From: the human T2T-CHM13v2.0 reference genome, Homo sapiens
Assembly (NCBI RefSeq): GCF_009914755.1
Contig: NC_060935.1
Strand: one strand, 5' to 3'
Length of the DNA stretch: 64,000 bases
Made by a program: the position numbers and the translations under genes. This document shows, in pieces, positions 1 through 16,035 of the stretch; the first letter of the stretch is position 1; each line of letters begins with the position of its first letter. The notes below the pieces were generated by a model. It made no database searches. It was not told the DNA's origin and saw only the letters and a list, made by a program, of their open reading frames with translations.

Positions 1-2012
<2,012 letters not shown>

Positions 2013-2013
2013 T

Positions 2014-3016
<1,003 letters not shown>

Positions 3017-3018
3017 GG

Positions 3019-3290
3019 GGACAAAAAACCAAACACCGCATGTTCTCACTCATAGGCGGGAATTGAACAATGAGATCACATGGACACAGGAAGGGGAACA
3101 TCACACACCGGGGCCTGTTGTGGGGTGGGGGAAGGGGGGAGGGATAGCATTAGGAGATATACCTAATGTTAAATGACGAGTTAATGGGTGCAGCACACCA
3201 GCATGGCACATGTATACATATGTAACAAACCTGCACGTTGTGCGCAGGTACCCTGAAACTTAAAGTATAATTAAAAAAAAAGAAAAAATT
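3019..3290 (+). mobile_element. Young L1PA (PA2-4-like) 3' end with poly(A)
   Basis: ggacaaaaaaccaaacaccgcatgttctcactcatagg...ggagggatagcattaggagatatacctaatg...aacttaaagtataa + A tail. Confidence 0.95.
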
Positions 3291-3431
3291 GAAACATACG
3301 GGTATCATATGACACAGTCATGGCTATCTAATGATATCTCATTATAGCTTAAATTTATAGTCGTTTGTGAAGTGAAAAAAAAATTTAACTACTGGAAGGA
3401 AAAAATGAAAGAAAGGAGTAACAGATATTCA

Positions 3432-3621
3432 TTCACACATCAGGGCCGGTCGCGGGGTGCGGGGCAGGGGGAGGGACAGCATTAGGAGAAATACCTAATG
3501 TAAATGACTAGTTGATGTGTGCAGCAAACCAACATGGCACATGTATACCTATGTAACAAACCTGCACGTTGTGTCCAGTTACCCTAGAACTTAAAGTATA
3601 ATAAAAATAAATTAAAAAAAA
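3432..3621 (+). mobile_element. L1PA (PA5-7-like) 3' UTR end
   Basis: gcattaggagaaatacctaatgtaaatgac...accctagaacttaaagtata + A tail. Confidence 0.9.
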
Positions 3622-3887
3622 TCATTTGGCCATCCTCTTCCCCTAAGTTGAGGAAGGATCTTGTAAAAGTCCTCCAAGGATAAGTTGAAAGGATGTTCTA
3701 TGGGATAGAGCCTAAAGAATATTTGCCTGCTAGGTTGTGTTTTAACAATGCAATTGCAATGTATACAGAAGTCTAAAAAGTAAACCCTGCTTTTAAAGAT
3801 CATTGATATGTATATAAATCATTTTCTAAAATAAATGGGGACTTGAACTTTCCTACCTGCAATCTCCATTCCAAGATATGGTTAGAA

Positions 3888-4120
3888 CAGCATTGTCCAA
3901 AGTGTATTCTCCACAATTCTTCTGCTCATAGGTGTTATTAAAAAAAGGTGAAATCTAGTAAAACTGGCTCGATGAGAAGTTTGAATATAAATAATCATGA
4001 GAAAACCTAGGGGAAGCACGTATTATGCAAGAAAATATACATATTCTAACCATGGGCTCTCTCTGTTTTTAGAGGCATTTTCTCAGACTAGTGTTCCATG
4101 AAATAATCTTTAGCGATGCC
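3888..4120. mobile_element. Degenerate hAT-Charlie MITE
   Basis: cagcattgtccaaagtgtattc ... ctagtgttccatgaaataatctttagcgatg resembles Charlie-type terminal inverted repeats. Confidence 0.4.
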
Positions 4121-4863
4121 AACCTCAATGCAATTTGTATTCTGCAAATGCAATTTAAAACTGAGACCAGAAATCAATCAGACGTCAGGGAATGGTTAAG
4201 CAGGGTTCTCTACTCAGGATAATAATGATAAAAATGCTTACCTTTTCATGTTATTTCTTAACTTTATTAATCAGCTAGAAGAGCAGGGGTCTTGGGTGTT
4301 TTGTCAGCAGTCAGGGTCAGGCATGGAAACCTCTCTATGTGATCTGAGAGGGGGTGTCTTGGAGAGAAGCCAAGTGAGAAAGCCAGGTAGCCTGCCCATG
4401 AGAAAGCCTCAGGCAGAGAGGAAGGAGCTGAATGTGTGTGCCCGTGGGAGGAAACTGCATTTCTCAACATTTTTCAAAGATGCTATTGCCTTTCTACTAT
4501 TGGACTTAGAAATTGCAATTGTTCTACATCAGTAGGAGCAAAGGTGAGAGGAAAAACTTAGAGGAGCTCCCTTGGTCAATGAGTGCAGAGGTTTGCAGCT
4601 CTTTATGGAGACGAGAGTAGGGGCAACTATGAAAGGTGGCCCTATATGAACATGCCCTTTCCTTCACTTTGTACCCCTTTTCCTGAGTGGAGGAGGCTGT
4701 GCTCTCCCTGGACTTACCCAAAAGAAGGCCTTGCTTGGCTCTGAGTTTCTACTTCTCAAGTAGAAAGCAGAGTCTGTTCTGTTTCTGGCCACTGTTCTCT
4801 CAATAAACCATATGCTATGGTTTGATGGGATTTTGCAGGGGTCCAGCATTTCTTTCCCTGTAG

Positions 4864-5166
<303 letters not shown>

Positions 5167-5832
5167 CTTTGAGTAGATTCTAATAGCCCATCCTCTAATG
5201 CTTAGGCTATCAAATCGACAAGACAAGATGCAAGAACTCTACCTCATTGCTTACATAGGAGGATTTTTGATTTGGTCCACAGCACACACTGTGTTTGCTG
5301 GTTAAGTCCGTCTCAAAACAGGTTTTTTTTCCACCTATGGCGTCAGGTAGGGATATCATCCAATTAGATCCCAAGCCCTCAGGACAGGGGCTCTTCAAAG
5401 TTGCCATTCAGTAAGTTCTGGAAGATAGCTGAGATGTCACATGGGCCAAATGGCTTTCTTGTGCATTCAAAATGAGTTGAGCACATTTAGAAGCCCATCC
5501 TCCACTCATCATTTTTCTAGAGACAAAGTTGTGGGTGCCTCTGAGCATGAATTTCATAAAGGCTCATCCTGCACAGAGCTGGTTCAAGAGATTGTAGGAA
5601 GAGGTGGTGGTAAAGAATGATGACTATCTTGAGATCTGAATATGCCTGGAAGAGGCAACTTCTTTTGTCCCTCCAACTTAAAAAAAATTACGAAGTTCAC
5701 TGGGGCTTATACAGGGAGAAGGAGGATCTGCGGAGGTCCCCGCTCCAGTGTGATTTTAATATATTGGTGTAGGTGCAGAGCTTGTGGAATGCGTCAATCT
5801 CACAGCCATACACATCATGTGAGGATATGTAG

Positions 5833-5941
5833 TTCTTCCTCCTCTTCCTGTCCCTCCTCGTCTTCCTTTTCCTCCCCCTCCTCCTCCTCCTCTTCCTTTT
5901 CCTCTTTTTCTTTCTCTTTCTCTTCTTCCTCCTCCTTCTTC
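5833..5941. repeat. CT-rich (TCC/TCT)n low-complexity tract
   Basis: About 110 nt of almost pure pyrimidine on the + strand. Confidence 0.95.
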
Positions 5942-7139
5942 ATCTGAAACTATTCTTATAGGCAATCTGATGGTAGACATCTCATGGGAAACAGTGGACA
6001 GTGTTATTAAAGAGACTTACGGGTCATAGCCATCTGTGTGATTAGGGATACCATGGCTGGCGAATAATGGCTAATGGAAGCTTCTCCAGCCCTCACCTTG
6101 TGGCTTGAAGCAGATTCTTCCTCAACAGTGGGTATAAATGCCTAGTTTATTTTCTGGAGTCCCCTTGGACTGGGTGGGTGGGGATCCAGCCAAGCTAAAT
6201 CAGGACTGGAACTATGACTTCTTTAAGTTTTACTACACTGATATAGAGTCAGAAACTAATGATCCTGACCTTCTCTGGGATGCAGAAAACCCTTCCTGTG
6301 GCCAACAAATTAGGTACAATGCAGGCAGGAGCAGCTTCCCTGGCAATTGGGTTGTATCTCATTGGATATGGCAACTTTGGATAGAGTGGCCTATTATTAT
6401 TCTGTGGGACAGGCACAACTGGGCATCTGTGGGTAATGAAGGAGGGTGCCAGCCGTAGGAGATCCCTTGTCTCCCTGGTCTGGAGGGCTGCGGGACTGTA
6501 GAGGGCATGAGCTCAGGAGCTCAGGCCAGCTCATGGTGCAAGGCCTCTGGAAGCCTTCTCAAAATGGTATCTGATTTAATTAAGACTCTGGCTGAGAATC
6601 CAGAGTGCCAGGGCTTGGTGGGCCACACATCCTCTCTTGCAGCCTGTGTGTGGCTTTTCTGGCCACCTCCAGGCTGTCAGGGAGTGCTGTTAGACTTTTA
6701 GCCGCAGCCTGCCATCTGGAGGAAAGGAATTGGCCACTTTTCTGCATTTCCTGCCATAAATGGGAAAAAGTATGACAGAATTTTGAGGTTTTTTTTCTAC
6801 CCTCATGGGGTAGAATGTTTTAATTTTGAATACTTGCACCTCATTCTACAAAGAATCTGAGGTGGCTTATACAAATGCACACAATACAAATGAGTGGAAA
6901 TAAATAATTGAATGAGTCAGAGTGATGGGAAATACAGTGAGTAAAAGGAAGCCAAGGGTAATTTATTACCCCAAAATGCACACTCCATGGTCCTTGGTGT
7001 GTCCTGTGGTTGGGCCATATATTTCCACCTAGGGAGGAAGTTAAAGTCCTAAAATTTTGGTAAAAGCAATTTTAACAAAAGAGTAAACTCATGCAGTCCT
7101 TAAATCCAGAAGTCTGTCTTAATTAGGATGAAAAAAATT

Positions 7140-8120
7140 GTAACTCTAAGTGCGATTTTTTTCATTTTTTGTATTAATTTTAGTATGCTATTTGAGACTA
7201 TTTATAATATGTGTAAGTTACAAAATATAGTATGATGAACATTTCTGAACCCAGCAGTCAAGCAAAGGACAAGTCCATTCCCAGTAACTCGTATCCACCC
7301 TCACTTCTGCTCCTAACCTCCTTCTGTGTCCTGCTTTTCTTTTCCGCACAGAGAGAACCACTATCCTGAATTTTAGAATTATTCTTTTGATTTTTTGTTT
7401 TGTTTTATCCCAAATGCATGCATATGTAAATAATATTTTGCCCAGTTTTGCTTATTTTTAGGTTTATTAAAATAATATCTATTAGGTTGATGCAAACGTA
7501 ATGAGGTTTTTGCAATTACGTTCGCACCAACTGAATAAATCAAAGTCTTCTGGGTTCTTTCCTTTTCCATTCAACATCATGTTTCTAAGATTCCTTAATG
7601 TTCTCACACATGTGTGCAATTCATTTTTTTCTACTGCTTTATTATGATACTTTTCATGGATACATTGCCCCTTATCCATTCTCTGCTGTTGACTCTTTAG
7701 GTTGCCTTTAGTATTGTACTATTATGAACAAAGGTCCTGAAGTCACTTTTGAATATGTCTCCTGGTGCACATATTCAAGAGTTTCTCTAGGGTGGATACC
7801 TAGGAGTAGAATTATGTGGTATGCTTCACAAGATAATGCTGAAATGTTTTCCAAAGCAATTATACAATCTCACCAGTAAAGTATAAACCTTTTCAAATCC
7901 TTATTTGACATTGTCAGATATTAATTTTTGTCAATCTAGTGGCATAAAAACTATCTCATTGTGGAAATGCAATTGCGTACCCTTGACTAGTAGGGCAGTG
8001 AAGAATCTTTTCATGCTTTTTTTTATGGTTTTCTTCTTGTGTGAAATATTTTAAAAATGTATTTTGCACATTTTATTGGGTTTATTGTCATTTTCTTATT
8101 GATTCATGACAATCTTTTAG
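7140..8120 (-). mobile_element. L1ME-like 3' region
   Basis: accactatcctgaatttt, ttcaacatcatgtttctaagatt, tacctaggagtagaatt, tttccaaagcaattatacaat. Confidence 0.75.
7482..7535. mobile_element. MADE1 (Hsmar1-derived mariner MITE), internally deleted
   Basis: ttaggttgatgcaaacgtaat...attacgttcgcaccaactgaa with TA on both sides. Confidence 0.85.
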
Positions 8121-8204
8121 ATATCTTCTCTTAGGCCAACGTTTCATTCTGTATCTCAGGCAGGCCATTTTATTTATTGTAATGGCTTGAATTTCTTTCT
8201 GTGT

Positions 8205-8930
8205 ATTGATTACTCACAAATCTAAGTATTCAGCCCAAGATGTTCTTCTGAGCATCACACACATGAATCCAACCAGACACTCAACACCTTTATGTGAATG
8301 TCTCACAAGATTGTGAGGCTCAATATGTCCAAAATTGAGTTCAGCATCTTTCCACCCAGGCTGAATTCCTCCATTTTGTCTTCTATCTTAGAGGAATCAC
8401 CACCAAAAACTCAGGTATCCAAGCTACAAACTTAAGTGTGGTTTTTGACTCTAGCTTCTCCTTTATATGTGATGTCCAATCAATAACCAGGTTCTATGGA
8501 TAGTAATTTCTAAATGTCCCTTGAGTCTATTCTTGTCTCTGAATCCCCAATGCTGTTCCTTTATTCAATAATCACAGGCACCCCAAATTGCTTCAGGACC
8601 CTCCTAGTTGGACTTCTGGTCTGCAGTCAGCATACTGGAGCCGTGGAGATAGCTTTTTAAAACATGCCATGTGGTCAAGTCACTCCCTTGTTTAAAACAT
8701 TTTAATGGTTCCCCAGGGGGTGGAGGCTGCAGTGAGTTGAGATCACGCCACTGCACTCTAGCTTGGGTGACAGAGCAAGACTCCATCTCAAAAAAAAAAA
8801 GTTTTAGTGGTTCCTATTACTTACCAAGGTCCAAACACATCATGGCTTAAAAGACCCTTCATAGTCTGACCCCAGGTCATCTCTCATTCCTCATCCACTG
8901 TCATGTCCTCTGCGTGCTTTGTGCACCAGT
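8205..8930 (+). mobile_element. L2 fragment
   Basis: aatgtctcacaag...ctcaatatgtccaaaattgagttc, tccaatcaataaccagg, cactcccttgtttaaaac. Confidence 0.75.
8714..8800 (+). mobile_element. 5'-truncated Alu right-arm fragment
   Basis: ggaggctgcagtgag...gactccatctc + A tail; TSD-like aaaacattttaatggttcc / aaaagttttagtggttcc. Confidence 0.9.
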
Positions 8931-8936
8931 CGGACC

Positions 8937-8990
8937 CAGATGTGGCAGAAGCTGCAGATATGGCAGAAGCTGCAGATATGGCAGAAGCTG
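8937..8990. repeat. 18-bp tandem repeat, 3 copies (cagatRtggcagaagctg)
   Basis: Read directly. Confidence 0.95.
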
Positions 8991-9014
8991 TCCTACCTGA
9001 AAAGATTAATAAAG

Positions 9015-9614
<600 letters not shown>

Positions 9615-10089
9615 TCAAAAACAAACTTGGGTAAAACAGGGAATCATACAAAAATGACATATACATGTGATATGTATTTTATTTCAACTCAAAACACAGA
9701 AATCCATATTTACTCAGCAATGTCTTGAAACAGGGCCAAGACTTCTTCTTAGAATGTAACTTGATTGGTGTTTGGAATCATCTTTTTTGCATAAACCACA
9801 CCAATAATTGATTATTTATGGTTTCTAATTACAAATGAATCAAGACTTAAGAACACTTATGAAGCAATGTAAGTACATAATTCTTCTACATTTTAAAAAC
9901 GTTTCCCCCCAAAACTATTAGAGTTGTTTTTTCCATATCTAGTTTGATAGCATTTTCTTTTTAGGACTTAGACTCATGAAGTCTCTTCAAAGCATTCTAC
10001 CTAGGATAAAAATAGCAACTTTCTTTTGTAATCATGTTTCATGAGTTTATATAATACCTGCTTAAGTCCTATAATTAAAATAACATTAA

Positions 10090-10513
<424 letters not shown>

Positions 10514-10763
10514 TTTTTTGAAAATGAGTTAATATAAGGGAAGGGTAGTTGAGAGAATGTCTGCTCTATTTGCAGTTCTTTAAATGTTCATCTCCATGTT
10601 TGGCTTATGTAGGTCCTTCTGCTCGAGAACCTCTTTCCTAATTATGTTTCCTGCTCATTCTTCTTCATGTCTCAGTGCACTCATCACTCCATCTGATAAG
10701 CCTTCTCTGAGGCTCCGGGACTCAGATGCCTCGCTTTGTGCTACTGTGTGTTTCTGTCACTCT

Positions 10764-10956
10764 CTAGGTTTTCCCAACATTTTGGGGCAGATGATGCTTT
10801 TTGGTTGGGTCTGTTCTGCGCCTTGTAAGTTGTTTAGAAGCTGGTCTCCCCAAGATGCCACTAGCACCCTTCCCCCAGTTGCAACACTCAAAAATGTCTT
10901 CAGATATTATCAATGTCCCCTTAAGGAACAAGATAGCCCTGGTTGAGAATGACCGC
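10764..10956 (-). mobile_element. MER20 (hAT-Charlie)
   Basis: agatgccactagcaccc...ccagttgcaacactcaaaaatgtcttcagatattatcaatgtcccc...ccctggttgagaa is the reverse complement of MER20. Confidence 0.85.
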
Positions 10957-12331
10957 TGTAGATGACAGATGTTCATTGAATGACTGAAGGACCTTAGTTC
11001 TGGGATTGCTGCAGAACTGATCAGCAACAAAGCAGCATATAAATTCAGGAAAGTGCTCACGTCCTTTTTAGAACAGTATCTCCATCCTGTAAAATATATT
11101 TCAGTGGATTTTTATTTTGGCTCAGTGCTAATAATCTAGGAAGCTGTTTTTACTGCCTACAGGAGAAGAGAGTTAGTGGTATTTTATATAACTTACTCTG
11201 TCTCCCCTTCACCTCCATTTGCCATCTGCCAAAATCTTTGGCCCTCAGAGTGGGAAAAATACACTCTACCAGCCAACTGAGATCTACCAAGTGCATCATG
11301 GCCAAGTAAATATTGAACTCCCTGCTCCTGACGTTTTTGTGAGAATTGGTTTATATAAGGGGCAGAGCTGTGGAGTGAGGAGGGATGGGTTTGAAGTGCA
11401 ATTAGACTAGCATCCCTTCCTATTTAACAGTCTTTCTGTACCCCATGAAAGTAAACTCACCAAACTTCTAGGTGGGAACCACTTTCCATGTCTCTGCTAT
11501 CTATGGGAACTTTACTTATTTGTTTAATAAATATTTTTGGGCACCTAATATGTGTCAGACACTGGCTTAAATACTGGTCAATATGCATATGTTCACGTGA
11601 TTTGCCAAAAAATCAGTTTCATTTATACGGTTCTTGGCCCCACCTTGAGCTCCATGCTGGGCTGAATCCTCCCTGTCATCCAGTTTATGGCTCCCACAAT
11701 TTGAGAAAAGGTTGGGAGGTGATTCAGAGACAAAGAAGTGGTTAAAAGGCTGGCTGTGTCTGTTGAGGAATTACAGAGAACACCCACTGGGGCTGTCTTC
11801 TGAGGGAGAATCAGCATGAGGTGCATGTCTCATCTAGAAAAAGGGTCTCATACAGATTTTCAGAGCTTGGTTCTCCAAGTCCACGCGGCATAGAGAAGTG
11901 TCAGGCGTGAGGGAAACAGGTGAGACGTGGCAGAGCACTTCCTGACATACCTGCTGTCTCCCACCGAGTGAGGGGTGGTTCCCGGACCCACCCTGTGACC
12001 GGGCACTGGCTGCCTTGCCATGTGTGTGCTGGCACCTTGGGCTTCAGGGCCTGGGGAATTGTCATGGCAAATCCCTACCTGATAAAACTGCTGGGGGGAA
12101 AACAGGCTTTGATGCACATTCCCAGGACTCACTGCTGAGGATTGTGATTTTTTCCTGTGAGCTGTTGGCAGAAGCAGGCTCTATGACTAACCTCAGAAGG
12201 GCAAGGGAGCTTTCTGTTAACTGATCGCCTGCAGAGGATCAGAGAGGAATTCCTGCTGGACTCCCTGCTCTGGTCCACCCTGGCCTCGTTTTCCATCTCT
12301 GGATCCTTCCAGCCGTGCAAACATACACAGT

Positions 12332-12345
12332 GTTGCCATGGCGAC
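12332..12345. promoter_or_regulatory. RFX X-box motif
   Basis: GTTGCCATGGCGAC, one mismatch from the GTTGCCATGGCAAC palindrome, in non-repeat DNA. Confidence 0.55.
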
Positions 12346-14084
12346 TCTGGGACAGACACATGCATGAGAGAAAAGCGTGAGGCAAAATCTCTCCTCTGAT
12401 GATTTGCTGGGAGGGAAGGAGGCCTTGAACAGGTTTCAAAAGCACCTTGTTTCACCCCCTGATTTTCACATGAGAGCGGCTACCCCAGCCATAAACACAG
12501 TGGCCTCTTTTCTTCTGCTTTGCTTGCTGAGGCGACTGCAGCTCTGGGAGACCTGAAGAGGCTCCAGGATGAAAGAGCCTCCCACCCTTAAACCCACCCA
12601 TAGAATGGGTTGCCAGTCATCAGGTGGGGACACCATTGGATGGTGGATGATCAGGGCTGTCCCTGGTTATTAAACTCATTATGCTTTCACCAGGACCCCT
12701 CACTTGTCCTTGTGAGTTTCTGACATGGTCCTCCTCTGTCTCTTCCTCGCCAGCTTGGCTGCCACCCCTCGGGCTGGGGTCACTGGGGCATGGCCCACCA
12801 GCGGCCTCTCCATTCTGGCCCAGCTCCAGCCGTCCTGTGAGCTCAGGTGGACTCAGCTTTCCAGGTCATCTTGGAGGGATCTGGTCATGACCACATCACT
12901 CTGGAGTCTGGCTTATTTCCAGCATTTTTCCCAGGTGAAATCAGGCTTAAATGAATATTATGCAGTGACAGGAAAAACAGCTGCTGCCTGAAGAACACAC
13001 ACAGCAGAAGAGAAATGATGGTGGCGATGGAGGTGGGGTAGATGTTCAGTGGGAGGCCCTGGAGGCGGGGGTGGGGTTGGGGGAACAAGGGTAGGGTTTG
13101 TCAGCCCCCACCATGCTGGGTGTGTCCCAAATGCCTGTTCTGACTACTTGGTAATGTTTTTTGGGTGCTGTGCTGAGAAAGCCTGCGAGGCTGCATGAGG
13201 TTCCGCAGTAGAGAGCCCTGGTGCTCCATGACCAATGCCTGTGACTGGTGCAGCAAGAGGGACGTTCCTCTGCTGAAATGAATGAGTGCATCTTCCCTGA
13301 AGGTGGGTGTGGAGAAAGTCCATCACCAGGGTCCTGTTTGGAGGAGAAGCAGCAGATCTGAATGAATCAACTTTCATCAAGTCACCCCATGGTTCTAGGA
13401 GAGCCAGTCCACTTTGTCATCAAGCTCCAAATTCCCTGGCTGGCACTTTCGGCCTCTGCTTTGACCTGGCTCAGAGAAATTTCAGCTCCTGTTCTCAGCA
13501 TGCCCCTCCTGCTGTGGTAGGGCATGTTGCCTTCTTGGTCCTTGAAGGTAGCACCCAACACCTGTTTCCATGCTCTAGTCCAAGGCCTGCTCTCCTTCCT
13601 CTGGCTTCCTGACATCCCTTGCATTGAAGGCCAAGTTCAGGACCATGTCCTCCACACACCTTGTGGACAGCTCCACCCGTGGTGGTCTCTCCTCTTCTGC
13701 CCTTTTCTCTGTAGTCTGTGCATTCCAGATCAGCACATGAGCTCTCTCCCCTGGCCTCCTTTGTGTTAGGCACAGATGGGAATCCAGGGCAGAGATGATG
13801 TTCTGCCCTTACTACCTTGCAGCAGACAGGATCAGACTTGTGGGACCTGCTTGGTTACCTACCACCTGCTGAGATTCTATTTTCTTTTATAATTTTATAT
13901 TGTACATGTAGCACACTCTTGGTTGCTTACCCAGTGTGCGTTCCTCTTCTCTGCCTTGGTCACAGAACCCAATTTTATTTCAGTTAGTGTGATGCCCCGT
14001 TAAAAGGTATCCTTTCCATTTTATTATAAAGCTAAGAGTTAACATTGAAATGTGAGCAAACATGGACAGAGATGGATGTGTTAC

Positions 14085-14500
14085 ACATGTTTTCTCCCAA
14101 TGTGTAGCTTGTCTTATTTTCTTAACAATGTTTTCCAAAGACTAAAAGCCTTTCATTTTGATGAAGTCCAATTTATCGCTTTTCTCTTTTCTAAGTCATG
14201 TTTTCTGTGTCATATCTAAGAAGACTCTGTCTGACCCATAGTCACAAAGATTTTCTTCTAGGGTTTTTGTAGTTTTAGCACTTAGTTGTAGGCCTATGAT
14301 CCATTTTAAGTTAATGTTTAGATATGGTGTGTGGTAAGCATCAAGGTTCAATTCTTTTTCTTAATGTATTATTGTTATTATTTTTGAGACAGAGTATGGC
14401 TTTATTGCCCAGGCTGGAGTGCAGTGGTGCAATCACAGCTCACCGCAGCCTCAACCTCCCATTGTATTTTTGTTTTTGCAGTTGTTCCAGCACGATGTAT
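14085..14500 (-). mobile_element. Old L1 ORF2 fragment with an inserted FLAM/Alu piece (about 14378-14460)
   Basis: ttttgatgaagtccaattta, gtcacaaagattttcttcta, tatgatccattttaagttaat; gcccaggctggagtgcagtgg. Confidence 0.8.
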
Positions 14501-14509
14501 TAAAATAAC

Positions 14510-14706
14510 CCGGAGTTTAACCTAGCATTAGAGACCTCTGTGGATTTGCTTAGGGAGCTCCAGAACAGTTGAAGTGGCATGGAACTTTTTGTGTGTATGT
14601 GCTCGTGTGATTTGGGGATGGAAGGATGGTGGAAGTGGAGATGACTCACAGCTTTCACCAGATTCTGGAAGATGCCCTGTCTCCCAGAAGCTTAAACATC
14701 TCCACT
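14510..14706. mobile_element. MER103C-like hAT MITE
   Basis: tgtgtgtatgtgc...cacagctttcaccagattct...cttaaacatctccactg. Confidence 0.6.
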
Positions 14707-15499
14707 GTAATGTAACAAGGCCTTTTTCTTCACCTCACTGAACAAAGGGAGCTACAGAGGGGAGAAAGGGATGTCAAAGACTGCGTGTGAGCTGCTTTTG
14801 AGTTCCTGGGAAGAAAACAATATGAACTTTGGGGAGTAAGCCTGTACAAACATACACAAATTATTCTTAATAATAGCATTAAAGCCAAGGCAGTAAAACT
14901 TTGTTAAATCTGATACTAGGCATCTTTCACACAGCACATAATTCAAAGCAACTCCATGGCTGTTTTAAGTTCATTCTTCTGGGCTGCTGTGTTTTAAATA
15001 GATGAACCTTACTGAGCAAGAGAGTTTAAAACCTAAGTTGAAAATGAAATTTTAATTAAGGGGATTTTGTGACTATGGCTAGAATGAGTACTCTGCATTC
15101 AGGATCTTATAGTCCCCAAATGTCAACTAGGTCTAATCACCAGAGATCACTGGCCCCCTCACTCTACTGGATTGGTCACAAGGCTCTGAAAACATGAGCT
15201 GCTTAACTCCCAGAGCTGCAAAATGTCGGTTTCCCTGGGCTAGAGCAGCAGCAGCCACTTCCCCACGAGGGTGAGGAAATTCAATATCTTCCTGATGGGA
15301 GACAGAGCCAGACTCCCACCGGCTGTTCTTTCACTCTAGCAGCTGCTTGCCCCACATTTTCCACGTTTCTGGTCAGGCCGCCCATCAGCCGACCCTTCCA
15401 AGTCACCGCTTCCTGAGAGCCCTCCAGTGTGACTCAGACCAATCCCATGGGGCTCCCTTGAGCCGTGGAAGGCGCAGAACCAGAGAGCTGGAAGGAATA

Positions 15500-16035
15500 T
15501 TGGACACGAGCTGCTCTGAGCCCTTTCATTTCCAGAGAAGAAAATTGAAGCCCAGAGAAATAAGGCTAGTTGCCTGAGGTCACACAGTTAGAGGTAGAAC
15601 TGAAACTAGATGCTGGGTTATCCTGACGTGAGGCCAACATTCTTTTTATGATAGTCGGAGTAGAAAAATGGAAAAAAGCACAAACTTAGGGCTCAGACAT
15701 ACCTAGGTTTGGATTCTGACTTTTTGTTCACAATCTGTGGAACTCTGTGAAAGGCACTTTACCTTTCTAAGCTTTAGTGCCCTCACTGGAAAACAGAGAT
15801 AAATATGCGGCAAATATTAAGTTCCTTTTCTGGACTGGCACATGCTATTTTTGGTTCTGAGTACATAGCTGGGAATGAAACAAACCAAGCCCCTTGGCCC
15901 AAGGCATAGAACTTACATCCCAGTGTGTGAAGGATAATATCAGTGCTTCTGAGGTTATTGTAAGGATTCAAAGAGACAAAAAATGTGAATGTAAGCCCAG
16001 TTCCTGGCAGAGTAGATATCTAATAAATGGTAACA
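15500..16035. mobile_element. MIR cluster (antisense copy about 15500-15640; sense copy about 15655-16035 split by an L2 3' piece)
   Basis: aaattgaagcccagagaa...gaggtcacacag; ggtttggattctgac...cacttacctttctaagc; gttattgtaaggattcaa. Confidence 0.7.

Noticed and set aside
5642-5980. Poly-Ser and Gly/Arg/Glu-rich ORFs
   Set aside because: Translations of the CT-rich simple repeat.
6138-6458. 106-aa Trp/Asp-rich ATG ORF
   Set aside because: No recognisable homology or splice context; the length is compatible with chance.
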